From Gemmatimonadota bacterium (GTDB lineage Bacteria; Gemmatimonadota; Gemmatimonadetes; Gemmatimonadales; GWC2-71-9): a DNA stretch of 64,000 nucleotides. The stretch lies in NCBI GenBank assembly GCA_039588295.1, contig JBDHAB010000019.1, positions 32,001 through 96,000 on the forward strand, in the 5' to 3' direction. Below the pieces are notes generated by a model. That model was not told the DNA's origin and did not search any database. It was given only the letters and a program-made list of their open reading frames with translations. This document shows positions 18,407-28,295 of the stretch, piece by piece (positions within the stretch are counted from its first letter, which is position 1; each line of letters begins with the position of its first letter). Made by a program: the position numbers and the translations under genes.

Positions 18407-19669
18407 ATGTCCGCGAATGAAGTCGAGCGATCGCTGACGCTGACGGCGAACCCCTGGCTCCGCACCGCCAGCTTCGTCACGGGCGCGGGCATGGTGGTCG
18501 CCTCGGTCGTGACCATGCAGCACTACTTCGCTGCCAACTTCCCATCATCCATCTTCGAGGGGTCGTTCTGCGATCTGAACGCCTTCTTCAACTGTGATAG
18601 CTCCGCCTACTCGGTGATCTCGGCCGTGGCCGGTGTCCCGCTGGGGTACTTCGGGTTGATGGTCGGGGGGCTCGTCATGCTCGGTGCCATGTTTCCATCT
18701 GCGGCATTCGAGCGCACCAACAAGACGATCGCTGTGGTGAACGGCATCGGCGTGGTGGCGCTCTTGGTCTATTCGGTCGCCGTGCTCAAGAGCCTCTGCC
18801 TTCTGTGCACCGGCTACTACGTGTTCGCGCTGCTGAGCCTTGCGCTCTTCTGGCGCTATGGCATTGATGGTGGCCGGCGTGGGCTTGCGCGACGGTTCCT
18901 GCGCCCGTCCACACCGCACCTCGTGGCGTTTGGCGTATGCCTCCTGGGCGGTGCATACGCGCTTGCGTTGTTCCACCGCGCCAAGGAACAGGCGCGATCG
19001 GGTGGGGTGGCTGCCAGGATCGTGGAGCAGTACATCAACCTGCCTCTGGTTCCCAACCCGAGCATCATCTCCCCGTTCATGACCGCCCGTGCTACGGAAC
19101 GGTTCGAGGACGCTCCAATTCGCCTCATCGAGTATGGTGACTTTCTTTGTTCGGACTGTCGCTACCTCAACGAACAGTTGGATCGCCTGAAAGAGGAGTT
19201 CCGGGGTCAGATCAACATCGCGTTTCAGTTCTTCCCGCTCGACGCCCAATGCAACCGCGTCGTGAACAAGGACAAGCATCCGGGCGCCTGCGACCTGTCG
19301 TACATGGCGGCATACGACCCCGCGAAGTTCGCCGCGATCCACGACGAGGTGTTCGCCAACATGACTGCCGCCAAGGATCCTGCCTGGCGCGCCGATCTGG
19401 CCCGCCGCTACGGGGTGGAGGCGGCCCTCGCGGACTCCGCTACCCAAGCGTTGGTGCTGCGCATGATCCAAACGGGGGCGGAGTACGAACAGACTTCGGA
19501 GCGGTACGCATACGGAATCAGATCAACGCCAACGTTGATCCTCAACAACCGCATGGTGATTGGCACGTTTCCCTACGAGCAGCTTCGCGCGATCTTCCAG
19601 GCACTCGTGAATGAGCACGAGCAGGGAGACGAAGGACGGTTTCTCGAGAACTGGGTGGACGACGGCTAG
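18407..19669 (+). CDS. VKOR-family disulfide-bond formation protein fused to a DsbA-like thioredoxin domain
   Basis: VKOR loop C..C (FCDLNAFFNCD), GVP...G, CLLC; C-terminal DFLCSDC and STPT. Confidence 0.88.
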   Translation: MSANEVERSLTLTANPWLRTASFVTGAGMVVASVVTMQHYFAANFPSSIFEGSFCDLNAFFNCDSSAYSVISAVAGVPLGYFGLMVGGLVMLGAMFPSAAFERTNKTIAVVNGIGVVALLVYSVAVLKSLCLLCTGYYVFALLSLALFWRYGIDGGRRGLARRFLRPSTPHLVAFGVCLLGGAYALALFHRAKEQARSGGVAARIVEQYINLPLVPNPSIISPFMTARATERFEDAPIRLIEYGDFLCSDCRYLNEQLDRLKEEFRGQINIAFQFFPLDAQCNRVVNKDKHPGACDLSYMAAYDPAKFAAIHDEVFANMTAAKDPAWRADLARRYGVEAALADSATQALVLRMIQTGAEYEQTSERYAYGIRSTPTLILNNRMVIGTFPYEQLRAIFQALVNEHEQGDEGRFLENWVDDG

Positions 19670-19735
19670 AACCGGGGTCCGTCGATCTCGGCTTCGAGGC
19701 CCTGCACGCTGGGATCCACCGATCCCGCCCGTTAC

Positions 19736-21133
19736 TCATCGCCACACCTGTCCGAGGAATGCCTGAACCTCCGGTACCCCACCCTGGAGGATGAGGTATC
19801 CGTCATGCGGTTCACGCTCGGTGGTCTCGCCGGCGAGCGTGGTCGTCATGAGCTCCTGCACGGCGCGCGGATCGCCGGGGTGCACGCCGAGTGCCCAGCA
19901 GAGTTTGACGAACGCGACCTCGGGCAGCATGTTGGCGAGCGGAACGACCCCGAGCTCTAGGATCTCCCGCCCCGTCTCGTACACGTGCATTTGCACGAAG
20001 CCCCAGAGGGTCTGCAGCGTCATGTACATGTGCACGCCGGCGTCACGTGCCCGCTCGAGTGCCGGGTAGATCTTGCGGTTCACGTGTCCGAGTCCGGTGC
20101 CGGCGATCACGATTCCCTGGTAGCCACGGTCGACGAACGCGTCAATGATGTCCCCGTGCATTCCAGGGTAGTAGTACATGAGCGTCACACGCTCGTTGTA
20201 CTTCGCGAAGATTGTGACGTCTCGATCCTCGCGTCGCGGAAGGAAGTCGTCCTTGAACGGTGTGATCGTGTCGCGATCGACCATTGCGAGGGGGATGTCA
20301 CCCAACGTACGGAACGTGCTTCGGTAGGAGCTGTGCATCTTGCGGACACGGGTGCCGCGGTGCAGCAGGTTGTAGCGATCGGACGTCGGGCCGAACATGC
20401 AGACCATGACCTCGGCAATCGGCCCGTGCGCTGCCGTCCATGTGGCGTTGATGAGGTTCTGCGCCGCGTCGGATGACGGTCGATCGGAGGATCGTTGGCT
20501 CCCCACCAGGACGACCGGCACCGGTGGCCGCTGAACCATGAAGCTCAGTGCGGCTGCTGTGTGATGCATGGTATCGGTGCCATGGCCGATCACGACTCCG
20601 TCGTATCCGTCGGCAATCGCATCACCGATCTTCTCCGCCAACACCAAATACTGCTCCGGGCCCATGTTCTCCGAGAAGACACCGAACAACTTCTCGGTCT
20701 CGAGATTGCAGATGTCGGCCAACTCCGGCACCGACCCGTAGAGCTCTCCGGGGCTGAAGGCGGGGATCACCGCACCGGTGCGATAGTCGAGCCGTGACGC
20801 GATCGTGCCCCCGGTCCCAAATAGCTTCACGCGGGGATTGGCAGGGTCGACCGGAAACGCCTTCTCTGGAATCCTGTAATGCGCCTCCCGATACCCGACC
20901 TTCTCGATCTCGAGCACTGTGTCGTGACGGATACCGACGTTGTACCCGCTCCCCAGCTTGAGCACCAAGTGTAGGTCATCGCTCGTTTCCGAGCGTGGCA
21001 GCAACAGCCCCTCGAAGTCACCGCGGGTCGTTCGTGCCACGACCTCGCACCACACGGTGATTCCGGAGCGTGCCATCAGGTCGCGCGTCGGGCCGCGATA
21101 GCCGCGGTAGGGATCGCTCTGCTGGTCGCTCAT
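19736..21133 (-). CDS. gatD: Glu-tRNA(Gln) amidotransferase subunit D (GatD)
   Basis: N-terminal LVLKLGSGYNVG domain plus asparaginase fold TGGTIASRLDY.TGAV, HGTDT, GSQRSSDRPSSD, RKMHSS.R..F, GTGLGHV; ATGA overlap with gatE. Confidence 0.92.
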   Translation of the reverse strand: MSDQQSDPYRGYRGPTRDLMARSGITVWCEVVARTTRGDFEGLLLPRSETSDDLHLVLKLGSGYNVGIRHDTVLEIEKVGYREAHYRIPEKAFPVDPANPRVKLFGTGGTIASRLDYRTGAVIPAFSPGELYGSVPELADICNLETEKLFGVFSENMGPEQYLVLAEKIGDAIADGYDGVVIGHGTDTMHHTAAALSFMVQRPPVPVVLVGSQRSSDRPSSDAAQNLINATWTAAHGPIAEVMVCMFGPTSDRYNLLHRGTRVRKMHSSYRSTFRTLGDIPLAMVDRDTITPFKDDFLPRREDRDVTIFAKYNERVTLMYYYPGMHGDIIDAFVDRGYQGIVIAGTGLGHVNRKIYPALERARDAGVHMYMTLQTLWGFVQMHVYETGREILELGVVPLANMLPEVAFVKLCWALGVHPGDPRAVQELMTTTLAGETTEREPHDGYLILQGGVPEVQAFLGQVWR

Positions 21134-23202
21134 GACGCATGCTCGGGGGCGGGTTCTCGCAACGCGGCAGCCAGACGCTGCCGAATTGCCTGAGGGTCGA
21201 CTCGGCCAAGAAACGCTGGTACGACTTGGCCCATGGCCCACCGCAGCCTCGCGTCGAGAGAGCGTCCGTTGAGCTCGAGCGCCGTTGCCGCAACCTGGGC
21301 AATCCGCTGGTCGAGTCGCGCACCGTCTTGAGGTGCGGGCTGATAGCCCACGACGATTTCGTCGGCGCCGACGTCGGGCTGCCTAGTGAGGTCGTCGAGC
21401 ACCCGCGCCGCTGCCTCGGGGCGGAGCGCGCCGGCTTCCAGCGCGCGGGCAAGGGGACGAAGTCGCGCCGCGTCGGGCAGGGAGGCTGCGCCGCGGCGGG
21501 AGTGGTAGGGCCACCGCTTCTCGAGCGCAGTGGCGAGTCGCCGTGCGGCACTGCGTGACGCCGGCCGTACCTCGTCGTACACATCCGCCCACGGTGCGCT
21601 GGCAAGCCGGCGTGCGCCCCGTGCGTCGAGCCCAAGGTCACGGTACCGTGCCTCCCGTTCCCACGGTCGCTCCGGCAAACGCTCGCGAATCTCCGTCACG
21701 GCGGCGTCGGTGATCGGTAGGGGCGGCGTATCCGTGTCCGGGTACATTCGGTCCGGACCCGGCAGGATCCGCTCGAATCCCGTCGTGCTGTCCGCGTGGG
21801 CCTGGCGCGTTTCGGCAGGCACGCCCACCAACGCTTCGCCGGCGCGCAGCAGCACCTCGCGGGCGGCGGTGGCTGCGTCCGCGTCATCGCCCCACACCAG
21901 TACGAGCGCATCACCGGACTCGGCCCCGACTTCCCGACCGAGGCGCTGCCACACGAGCGGGTCCAGGCCGCCGCGGTCATTCCCGGAATGGGCCAAGAAC
22001 GGGCGGTGTACCGGGCAGGCAATCACGCGCACGCGTTCTGCCAGCTCGTTGGCGAAGGTGGCCCCGGGTTGGGTCGGGTGGTCGAGGAGCTGGTTGAATC
22101 CCGGGAGCCGCACGACACAGATGCGATGTCCGCGGCCGAGCGCCTCGAGGATAGGCCGAGCCGTACACGCACGGAGCAATGAGGCGGCGTCCCCAACCAA
22201 GTGCGACACCTCCCAGGGCCTTCCGGTGGATGGAAGCGCCAGCATCGTCGGTTCGACACCACGCCGGTCGAGCGCGTGCTTGATCCGGAGCAAGTTGAGT
22301 TGGCGAAACGCCTCGACGTGGACCAAACGTGGCAGCCCGCGATGGTGATGTACACCTTTGATCTCGACCCGCCGGCCACCGGCGATCGAGACGTTCACGT
22401 CCTGGCGGGCTGCGCCAGGCCCCCGTCGCACTTTGCCCGTGGCCTGCGCCACTCGTGCCAGGAGCCGTGCACCGGCCTGCAGCTCGAGCGGGGTCAGGAA
22501 CTCTGGTTCCGTGACTGTCTCGGTGAGCGGCATGCCGAGGCGATCGGTGCGGAAGGTGATGCGATGACCGATGTCGGAGACTTCGCGACAGGAGTCCTCC
22601 TCGAGCGACAGCTGCCTGATGCTGAGGTCCCGATCCACACCGAGCTCCGGGGCTCGGAACGGAATCCGCCCGGTCAGACCCACCATGGCCGTTCGCTGGA
22701 AGCCGGTCGGGATCGACCCGTCGAGATACTGCTTGCGCATCACGTGGAGTTCCGAAACCAAGTTGAGATTGAGGAGCTGGGCGACCTCGAGGGCGATACG
22801 CACCGCCTCCCCGTCGATCTCAAACGGCGGGGTATCGTCCATTTCGTAGGTGCAGACCGATCCGCGCTCGAGGAGGTAGACAATCTCCTTGCGTGTCTTG
22901 AACTCCATCAGCGCCGTCCCGTCGTACTCCCCCAACTCGCTCAACGTCGGTCGCATGTGTCGCAGCACTTCACCGTCAACACGCGTGACCCGATGACCGG
23001 GTGGACAGCGGCAGAACAGCTTCGATTTGGTGTGGAGCTGTTGATGCACCTCGAGGCCACCCATGAAGCCCAGCACCTGGTAGTCCTCGTGGCGCAGTTC
23101 CCCGTATGCCCGATCGGGAAAGTCGAGCACGGGATCATGCCGCGGATTGACGTCCCCGGGGGGGCGGACGCCGTGGTTGGGTGCCCCGTTAGGAGGCGTC
23201 AA
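21130..23202 (-). CDS. gatE: Glu-tRNA(Gln) amidotransferase subunit E (GatE)
   Basis: GLEVHQQL..KLFCRCP, RPTLSELGE, MRK..LDGS..GFQRT, LEEDSCR, DRLG.PL.E, RQDVNVSI, RVEIKGV, AspRS-like insertion, P.ETR, PG..RMYP.TD; start uncertain (TTG). Confidence 0.92.
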   Translation of the reverse strand: MTPPNGAPNHGVRPPGDVNPRHDPVLDFPDRAYGELRHEDYQVLGFMGGLEVHQQLHTKSKLFCRCPPGHRVTRVDGEVLRHMRPTLSELGEYDGTALMEFKTRKEIVYLLERGSVCTYEMDDTPPFEIDGEAVRIALEVAQLLNLNLVSELHVMRKQYLDGSIPTGFQRTAMVGLTGRIPFRAPELGVDRDLSIRQLSLEEDSCREVSDIGHRITFRTDRLGMPLTETVTEPEFLTPLELQAGARLLARVAQATGKVRRGPGAARQDVNVSIAGGRRVEIKGVHHHRGLPRLVHVEAFRQLNLLRIKHALDRRGVEPTMLALPSTGRPWEVSHLVGDAASLLRACTARPILEALGRGHRICVVRLPGFNQLLDHPTQPGATFANELAERVRVIACPVHRPFLAHSGNDRGGLDPLVWQRLGREVGAESGDALVLVWGDDADAATAAREVLLRAGEALVGVPAETRQAHADSTTGFERILPGPDRMYPDTDTPPLPITDAAVTEIRERLPERPWEREARYRDLGLDARGARRLASAPWADVYDEVRPASRSAARRLATALEKRWPYHSRRGAASLPDAARLRPLARALEAGALRPEAAARVLDDLTRQPDVGADEIVVGYQPAPQDGARLDQRIAQVAATALELNGRSLDARLRWAMGQVVPAFLGRVDPQAIRQRLAAALREPAPEHAS

Positions 23203-23475
23203 TGGTCTCGTCCATTCGTACGACCATGCGCGCTGCGCCCGTGAGGCGATCCGACCGAGGTTCCGTACGGCACGCCTGAAGATACACGGGGAAGGGAGCG
23301 ACGGTATCGGTACTTGCTCTGTGTCGGTGCGTCGGTTTGTGGCTCAGCGCACAGCGCTCGGTGGTGCGGAGTGGCGCTATTGTGTCCCGGAGTGAGCGAT
23401 GCGACCCCAGCGGCAGGGGTGCGGAACTCCACGGTTGCGAATAGCTTTGTGTTCTCCGACGAAGGACCCACGAGG

Positions 23476-24159
23476 ATGGCCAAAGGCAAACCACCCCAGA
23501 ACCGACATGATGATTTGATGGCGGCGGAGGTCGACAAGCTTCTGAAGAAGCTGCCTCATGCCGACCCCTCCCTGTCGGGGGAGCGCGTGGCGCAGCCCGA
23601 GCCAGGCGCTGCGCCAGGTAGGCCTCCGGTGTCTGGTCACCGCCGTGAGATCCAGGGAGGTGCGCCGAGGGTACCGCGGCCGCGCACACCTGAAGAGGAA
23701 CGCCGAGCGAATCTCGGTGTCTGGGGCCTCGTGGCGCTCGGGGTCGTGCTGGGGGTAGCGTTGACCCAGTGGCCGTACAACGCGGCGTGCGGTCTTGCGT
23801 TGCTGTGGTATGTGGGGGCCGTCGCCACCATGCTCGTCGTCGGTGGGTGGTGCGCTTTGTCATCGTGGGACCAGCGGCTTGGGGTCGCGCACGTTCTGTC
23901 CCTCATACTCGTGTTCTGGGGAATCGTGCTGTCCGCTGAGGTGATTCTCCCTCGCATCGGGTATTCCGTCGACAAAGCGACCTGGCGTTGTCGGGTGGCT
24001 GAGCCCGCACGTCCGTCAGCGACACCGGTCCCGGTCGTTCCGCCGTTGCCCGCTCCCGCGCCGGCCGATCTGGAGGTCGATTCGACCGTCTCGACCGAAC
24101 AGCCATCGCAGCCGGGCACCGACTCCATCGTAGCTGAGCCGGGCGATTCGATAGGATAG
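23476..24159 (+). CDS. Hypothetical membrane protein
   Basis: EVDKLLKKLP N-terminus, about three TM helices, Pro-rich tail. Confidence 0.7.
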   Translation: MAKGKPPQNRHDDLMAAEVDKLLKKLPHADPSLSGERVAQPEPGAAPGRPPVSGHRREIQGGAPRVPRPRTPEEERRANLGVWGLVALGVVLGVALTQWPYNAACGLALLWYVGAVATMLVVGGWCALSSWDQRLGVAHVLSLILVFWGIVLSAEVILPRIGYSVDKATWRCRVAEPARPSATPVPVVPPLPAPAPADLEVDSTVSTEQPSQPGTDSIVAEPGDSIG

Positions 24160-24210
24160 ACCGAAGACGCGACGCACAGGGCCCCGGCGCCGGGTGTCGC
24201 GCCTGACGGG

Positions 24211-25986
24211 CTAGTGCTCCCGGACCTTCTGAATGAGCGCCAGGGGGTGGATGGGTTTGCGGAGGATGGATTGGATCCGCAGATCCGCCACTTCCTCGGC
24301 GACGCTCACGGGCTCGCCGCTCGTCACCAACACGATACCGGTGTCCGAAGCGTATTGCCGTACTTGCTCCATCGTGCTCCGCAGCGTGTCTCCAAGTTGA
24401 TCGGCGTCGAACACCGCCGCCGCGATGGTGTTGCCGTGCACCCGGAGGAGGTCGACGGCGGCCTGAACGGTATCTGCGGACAAGACCTTGAGCCCGGCCG
24501 CCGCAAGCCCGCCGCGCGTTTCCGCCAGATCGGATCCTCCGTCGGCCAACACCACGGTGCCCTCCAGCTGGACCTCGGGTTCACCTGCCACCGATTCCCG
24601 CTCGTTGGGCAAGTTCAAGGGGCGGACAATGCACTGGTAGCCACGGATCGACCCGTCGGTACTTGCGCGGCGAGTCGCTGAGAGCAGCGCCTGAAACGTC
24701 GCTCCACTTTGGGTGGTGAGTTCGACTTCGAGATCGCCGACGGCGCCGATCGTGTTCATCTGAACCTGGAATCGGCGAATATCGACTTGCCGCGCGAACA
24801 GCCTCCGTGCGTCGAGGCCGACGAGTTCGTCCCGTTTGTATCCGAAGAGCTCGACAGCCGCGGCGTTGACCGCCTCGATCTCACCGTCACGAGCCGTGAG
24901 GTAGATCGCGTCCCAGCACTGTTCGAACAGACTCTGGTATTGTTCCTCGCTCTGGTGTACGGATTCCTCGAAGGCTCGGCGTGCCTTGACGTCGCGCGCC
25001 ACGGCGAGGACGAACTCCTCGGAACCGATCCTGTGGTGCGCGACGGCGATCTCCACCGGAAAGCTGCTTCCGTCCCGCCGTCGATGCTCGCCTTGCAGCA
25101 TGAGCGGCCGCCGGGTGTCACGCGTGTCGGTGAACTCCAGCTCGGCCTCCACCGGGGGCTGCACGGGAAACTCGAGTTGGAGCTCGTGGAGACGGTGTCC
25201 GATCACCTCTTCCCGGGCGCGGCCGAGCCAGCGGGCCGCCGTTTCGTTGACATCGATGACTTCTTCGGTGCGGGGATCTGTAACGAAGATTGCGTCGCCC
25301 GCATGATCCATCAGGGTGCGAAACCGTCGCCACAGCTTCTCGCGTTCCGCGCGGCTGCGCGTTTCCTCCTGAATGGTCGCGTTTGCCCGATCGAGGTCGG
25401 CGGTGCGCTCCTCGAGCGAGCGCTGCAGGTCGCGACAAGCTCCCTCGAGCCGCTGGACGGCGCGCACATACTGTGTGATGTCGTGCGCGACCAGGGTCGC
25501 GGACACCACCCGGCCGTCGCGGATGTTCGGCGTGATGCGGCAGTCGTACCACGCGTCGGGATCGTGATTCTGTAGACCGGCCAGCTCGTGGTGCTGCGAT
25601 AGGCCGGTCTCGAACGCCTGTGCTAGCGATTCAGCCACGCCTTCGTGCTGATTCGGTGGAATCCAGTCGAAGATGCTTGACCCAATGAGCTCGTCTTCAG
25701 ACCGATCGCCGAGCGCGCAATTGGCGAATAGGATCTCGCCGGTCTGCCGCACGATGAACACTGGATCGCGCGCGTCCGCCCGCGTGGCCGACGCCTCGAG
25801 CGGCGGGGGTGCGGGGCTGAACGCACTGTCCCGGATGCCACCGATCCGAGCGGGGGGCTTCAGCGATTCATCGCTCCCGCTTGGTTCGGAGCTCGTCTTT
25901 GTCTGACCCAGCAATGGGTAGCGTTCAGTCATCAGTCTCACCGAAAAGGGCCGGCTCGCCCGCGACTCGCTGTCGCGCTCCGTCAT
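24211..25986 (-). CDS. PAS-coiled coil-PAS-PAS-receiver protein with no kinase or other output domain
   Basis: Three PAS/PAC patterns (N.A, RRDGS.FPVE, ARD); C-terminal REC with AVFD, LVTS and RKP. Confidence 0.8.
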   Translation of the reverse strand: MTERDSESRASRPFSVRLMTERYPLLGQTKTSSEPSGSDESLKPPARIGGIRDSAFSPAPPPLEASATRADARDPVFIVRQTGEILFANCALGDRSEDELIGSSIFDWIPPNQHEGVAESLAQAFETGLSQHHELAGLQNHDPDAWYDCRITPNIRDGRVVSATLVAHDITQYVRAVQRLEGACRDLQRSLEERTADLDRANATIQEETRSRAEREKLWRRFRTLMDHAGDAIFVTDPRTEEVIDVNETAARWLGRAREEVIGHRLHELQLEFPVQPPVEAELEFTDTRDTRRPLMLQGEHRRRDGSSFPVEIAVAHHRIGSEEFVLAVARDVKARRAFEESVHQSEEQYQSLFEQCWDAIYLTARDGEIEAVNAAAVELFGYKRDELVGLDARRLFARQVDIRRFQVQMNTIGAVGDLEVELTTQSGATFQALLSATRRASTDGSIRGYQCIVRPLNLPNERESVAGEPEVQLEGTVVLADGGSDLAETRGGLAAAGLKVLSADTVQAAVDLLRVHGNTIAAAVFDADQLGDTLRSTMEQVRQYASDTGIVLVTSGEPVSVAEEVADLRIQSILRKPIHPLALIQKVREH

Positions 25987-26412
25987 CGCAGCGGACCCGC
26001 CGGACGGGGCTCCGCCCCGCAGGGGGGCCGCTCACGGGGATGGAGAGGAGGGTTACACGACCCTCGGCCTATACTGCGCCAGCCTCCCCAGGTTCGCCAG
26101 CTGCTGTGGTAATGTTGCAGCAAAATCTTTGCCGCCTGTAGGACCCGGGTCACGTTCCGCGCGAGGCGTTTCCGGGAGCTGTTCACATAACTCATTGTCT
26201 CAAAAGGGTTTATGGGAACGGCTCGTGCTGATCGGCGGCTCCGGGGTTGCGGGGATGCCGGAACATCGTATGCTGAATATTCGCAAGACCGAGCGAAGCG
26301 AAGTGCCACACCATGTGGCGGAGAACGTGAGAGCCCGAGGCGTTCCCTCGGGCTCTGTCGCTTGACAGGCACCCCGCTGGAGCGCATGCGTACGATCCAG
26401 TCGGAGATGCCG

Positions 26413-27471
26413 ATGCCGTTTCCAGCCCCCACGCCGAGGTGCCGCGCGGTCGCGGCCGCGGCGCTCCTCGCGCTGGTTCTTCCGAGTTGTGACAACGCCG
26501 TTGCGCCCGGTACGATCGAGCCGATCGGCGAAACCGCGCTGCGCAGGCATCTCGACGTTCTGGCGGACGACAGCCTCTACGGCCGAGCTGCAGGATGGTT
26601 GGACGAGCTCCGGGCGGCCGAGTATGTCCGCGATCAGTTCATCGCGGTGGGCCTGAGCCCAGGGGTCGACGGGTATCTCCAGACGTTCTGGATCGGCGAG
26701 CAGCCACCCCCCGCGACCCCTCCTGACGCCGGTATCGGGAGCGGCGACCACGATGGTCCGCGCGGCACCCCGGCAGACGACCCGATCCGCCCCGAGCGCT
26801 TTTGGTCGCAGAACGTGCTCGGTGTGCTTCCGGGCCGGGGTCGGCTAGCCCGACAATGGGTCGTGCTGGGCGCGCACTACGATCATATCGGGTGGACCGT
26901 GCCCCTGCCCGACTCCGTGGTCGTGTACAATGGCGCTGACGACAACGCCTCGGGAACGGCAATGCTTGTCGAGCTGGCGCGATACCTGAGCGCGCTGCTC
27001 ACGACGAGCGAGTTGCAGAGCGGCGACCGGCGCTCGATCATGTTCCACGCCTACGGTGCGGAGGAGATTGGGCTGGTGGGATCGCGGCACTTCTGTGCGC
27101 ACCCCACCGTGCCGATGGATAGCGTCGTCGCGATGGTCAACCTCGATATGGTCGGGCGCCTGCGCGACGGTGTCGTCACAGCCGTGGGGACGTCGACGGC
27201 CCCGTCATTGTGGCAGCAGCTCCTGGAGGCAGCCAACGAGGACGGGCTCGAGTTCAACTTGCAGGACAAGGGTAGCAGTGATCATCGGTGCTTTGCCGAG
27301 GCAGGCAGGCCGGTGCTGCACTTGTTCACGGGCCTTCATCAGGAGTACCACACGCCGCTGGACGACGTGTGGTTGCTCAACGTGCCCGGCATGGTGCAAG
27401 TCGGAAACCTCGCGGCGGGTGTCCTCGTCGAACTGGTGACCCGGCCTGACCTCAGCTCCGTCGGGAACTGA
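26413..27471 (+). CDS. M28 family peptidase lipoprotein
   Basis: Lipobox LPSC; GAHYDH, NGADDNASG, AEEIGL.GS, NLDMVG, SDH, YH motifs. Confidence 0.9.
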   Translation: MPFPAPTPRCRAVAAAALLALVLPSCDNAVAPGTIEPIGETALRRHLDVLADDSLYGRAAGWLDELRAAEYVRDQFIAVGLSPGVDGYLQTFWIGEQPPPATPPDAGIGSGDHDGPRGTPADDPIRPERFWSQNVLGVLPGRGRLARQWVVLGAHYDHIGWTVPLPDSVVVYNGADDNASGTAMLVELARYLSALLTTSELQSGDRRSIMFHAYGAEEIGLVGSRHFCAHPTVPMDSVVAMVNLDMVGRLRDGVVTAVGTSTAPSLWQQLLEAANEDGLEFNLQDKGSSDHRCFAEAGRPVLHLFTGLHQEYHTPLDDVWLLNVPGMVQVGNLAAGVLVELVTRPDLSSVGN

Positions 27472-27680
27472 CCATCCACCGGCCGCGGTGGGTAGGGGTC
27501 GGTCGCCGCACGCGCTCCCGGTGATCGGTCCAAACAAGTGGGAGAGAACCGCTCGCATTAGACGCGGCCCACCGCATCGCGTTCGACCGTCGAGGTTCAC
27601 GCGGGTTTCACAACGGATTTACCTGCGTCGGTGTAAGCTGTAGCGGGCGATGTGCGCAGCTTTTAGCAGGAGCGAATACC

Positions 27681-28190
27681 ATGCGACACGTTGCGCTGCC
27701 GGTCTGTTGCCTACTTGCGGTGGTCACGAGTGGTGTGGCGGCCCAAGAGCAAACCCTCGATGAGACGCTCGTGTTCATCAACACCGCTCTGCGCGACAAC
27801 GGCTTTCAAGATCATGAGGGGAAGCCGACGGTCTCACAGGTGAAGCTGGTGGCTGGTGGAAAGCTCGTGGTCGAGATCGCCAAGACGGAATCGGGCAATC
27901 GCTTCACCAACGTGTTATCGGTGGCACTCGGCGATCTGGATGTGACTCGAGTCAAGGCGCACCAACGGAGCGGACACACGGTGCTATCACTCGGCGCGAC
28001 GGGCCTGGTGACGGCACGTCTCAAGTGTGTGATGGCAGCAGGGACGCGACACGAATGGGACCTGCCCAGCACCGACGAGGTTGCCGTGGAGTTCGCACCA
28101 GCTGATGAGCTGGCACGCACGCTGACGGCCGCGTTTGTCCGCCTGATTACGTTGGCTCGTGAGGACACCCGCTACCGCGTGTCCTCATAA
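27681..28190 (+). CDS. Hypothetical secreted protein
   Basis: AGGAG RBS, signal peptide (VAA-Q). Confidence 0.7.
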   Translation: MRHVALPVCCLLAVVTSGVAAQEQTLDETLVFINTALRDNGFQDHEGKPTVSQVKLVAGGKLVVEIAKTESGNRFTNVLSVALGDLDVTRVKAHQRSGHTVLSLGATGLVTARLKCVMAAGTRHEWDLPSTDEVAVEFAPADELARTLTAAFVRLITLAREDTRYRVSS

Positions 28191-28217
28191 CTAGGCACGT
28201 CCGGTCCGTACCCTCCC

Positions 28218-28253
28218 GAGCGCCGGCGCCCGTGGGCGCCGGCGCTCCTGTTT
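28218..28253 (+). terminator. Hairpin terminator
   Basis: GAGCGCCGGCGCCC/GGGCGCCGGCGCTC IR followed by CTGTTT. Confidence 0.6.
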
Positions 28254-28295
28254 GGGGCTTTGCGTGGGCGTCGGCACCGGTGTATTCTCGGTCTC

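Noticed and set aside
19736..21133. Plain L-asparaginase (ansA)
   Set aside because: It has the GatD-specific N-terminal domain and the ASRLDY.TGAV and QRSSDRPSSD motifs, and is coupled to gatE.
26107..26121. GG-N10-GC pattern TGGTAATGTTGCAGC as a sigma-54 promoter
   Set aside because: It lacks TGGC and the TT immediately before the GC; likely a chance match.
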